A stretch of DNA of 64,000 bases from Paragordius varius (lineage: Eukaryota > Animalia > Nematomorpha), in NCBI GenBank assembly GCA_964247055.1, contig OZ176053.1:8246001-8310000 (forward strand), given 5' to 3'. Below the pieces are notes generated by a model. The model did not search any database and was not told the DNA's origin. It saw nothing but the letters and a program-made list of their open reading frames with translations. The position numbers and the translations under genes are program-made. Of the stretch, positions 63,740-64,000 are shown one piece after another (within the stretch, counting starts at the first letter, position 1; each line of letters begins with the position of its first letter).

Positions 63740-63975
63740 GTCATATAAAAATCAACTGTTTTAATCTTGTTTTGGAGCTGATCCCAATTTTAGACTCTAG
63801 AAGTCAGAAAACTGTAAAAATTATAAGCTTTTATCTCCAACATGAGAACAATGAATAATAATTTTTATAATTAAAATAACTTTCAAAACTGTCATTTATA
63901 TACAAAATTAAGCTTTGGTTATAAAAATACCCCAAAAGCTAAACAAGGACAAAAATGTGATAGTAGTTTAAAGTG
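63740..63975. mobile_element. Right half of a family B MITE
   Basis: atcaactgtttt, cccaattttagactctagaagtca, catgagaacaatg and terminal aagtg match the right halves of 12046-12555 and 16246-16741. Confidence 0.6.
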
Positions 63976-64000
63976 TCAAAAATACTTTTGATTACCCTAT

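Overview
Very AT-rich, intron-rich animal (invertebrate-like) genomic DNA; the species cannot be determined from the sequence alone. I assembled the spliced genes by hand, checking GT-AG boundaries and codon phase. Six genes are present. (1) LDB/Chip LIM-domain-binding cofactor (- strand, 18 exons in the window, continuing past position 1), greatly enlarged by P/N/G/Q-rich segments. (2) An intronless pyridoxal kinase (+). (3) An unannotated ~860-aa type-I membrane protein (+): signal peptide, three F-type-lectin-like modules, Ig, an unassigned module, FN3-like, Ig, TM helix and a short tail. (4) A lin-41/TRIM71-like protein that keeps the six NHL repeats but appears to lack RING, B-box, coiled-coil and filamin domains (-). 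(5) Merlin/NF2 (-, 16 exons) with an apparent 22-nt first intron, a FERM insertion, a ~390-aa Asn-rich insert and Asp at the position of human Ser518. (6) A ~830-aa acidic/basic/Tyr-Ser-rich disordered protein (+). Introns and intergenic DNA hold a 5'-inverted RTE-clade LINE, a Gypsy relic, two TTAA (piggyBac-type) MITE families (one nested in itself), hAT MITEs, non-autonomous Helitron copies, a foldback MITE family and a dimeric satellite. No rRNA, tRNA or CRISPR features were found.
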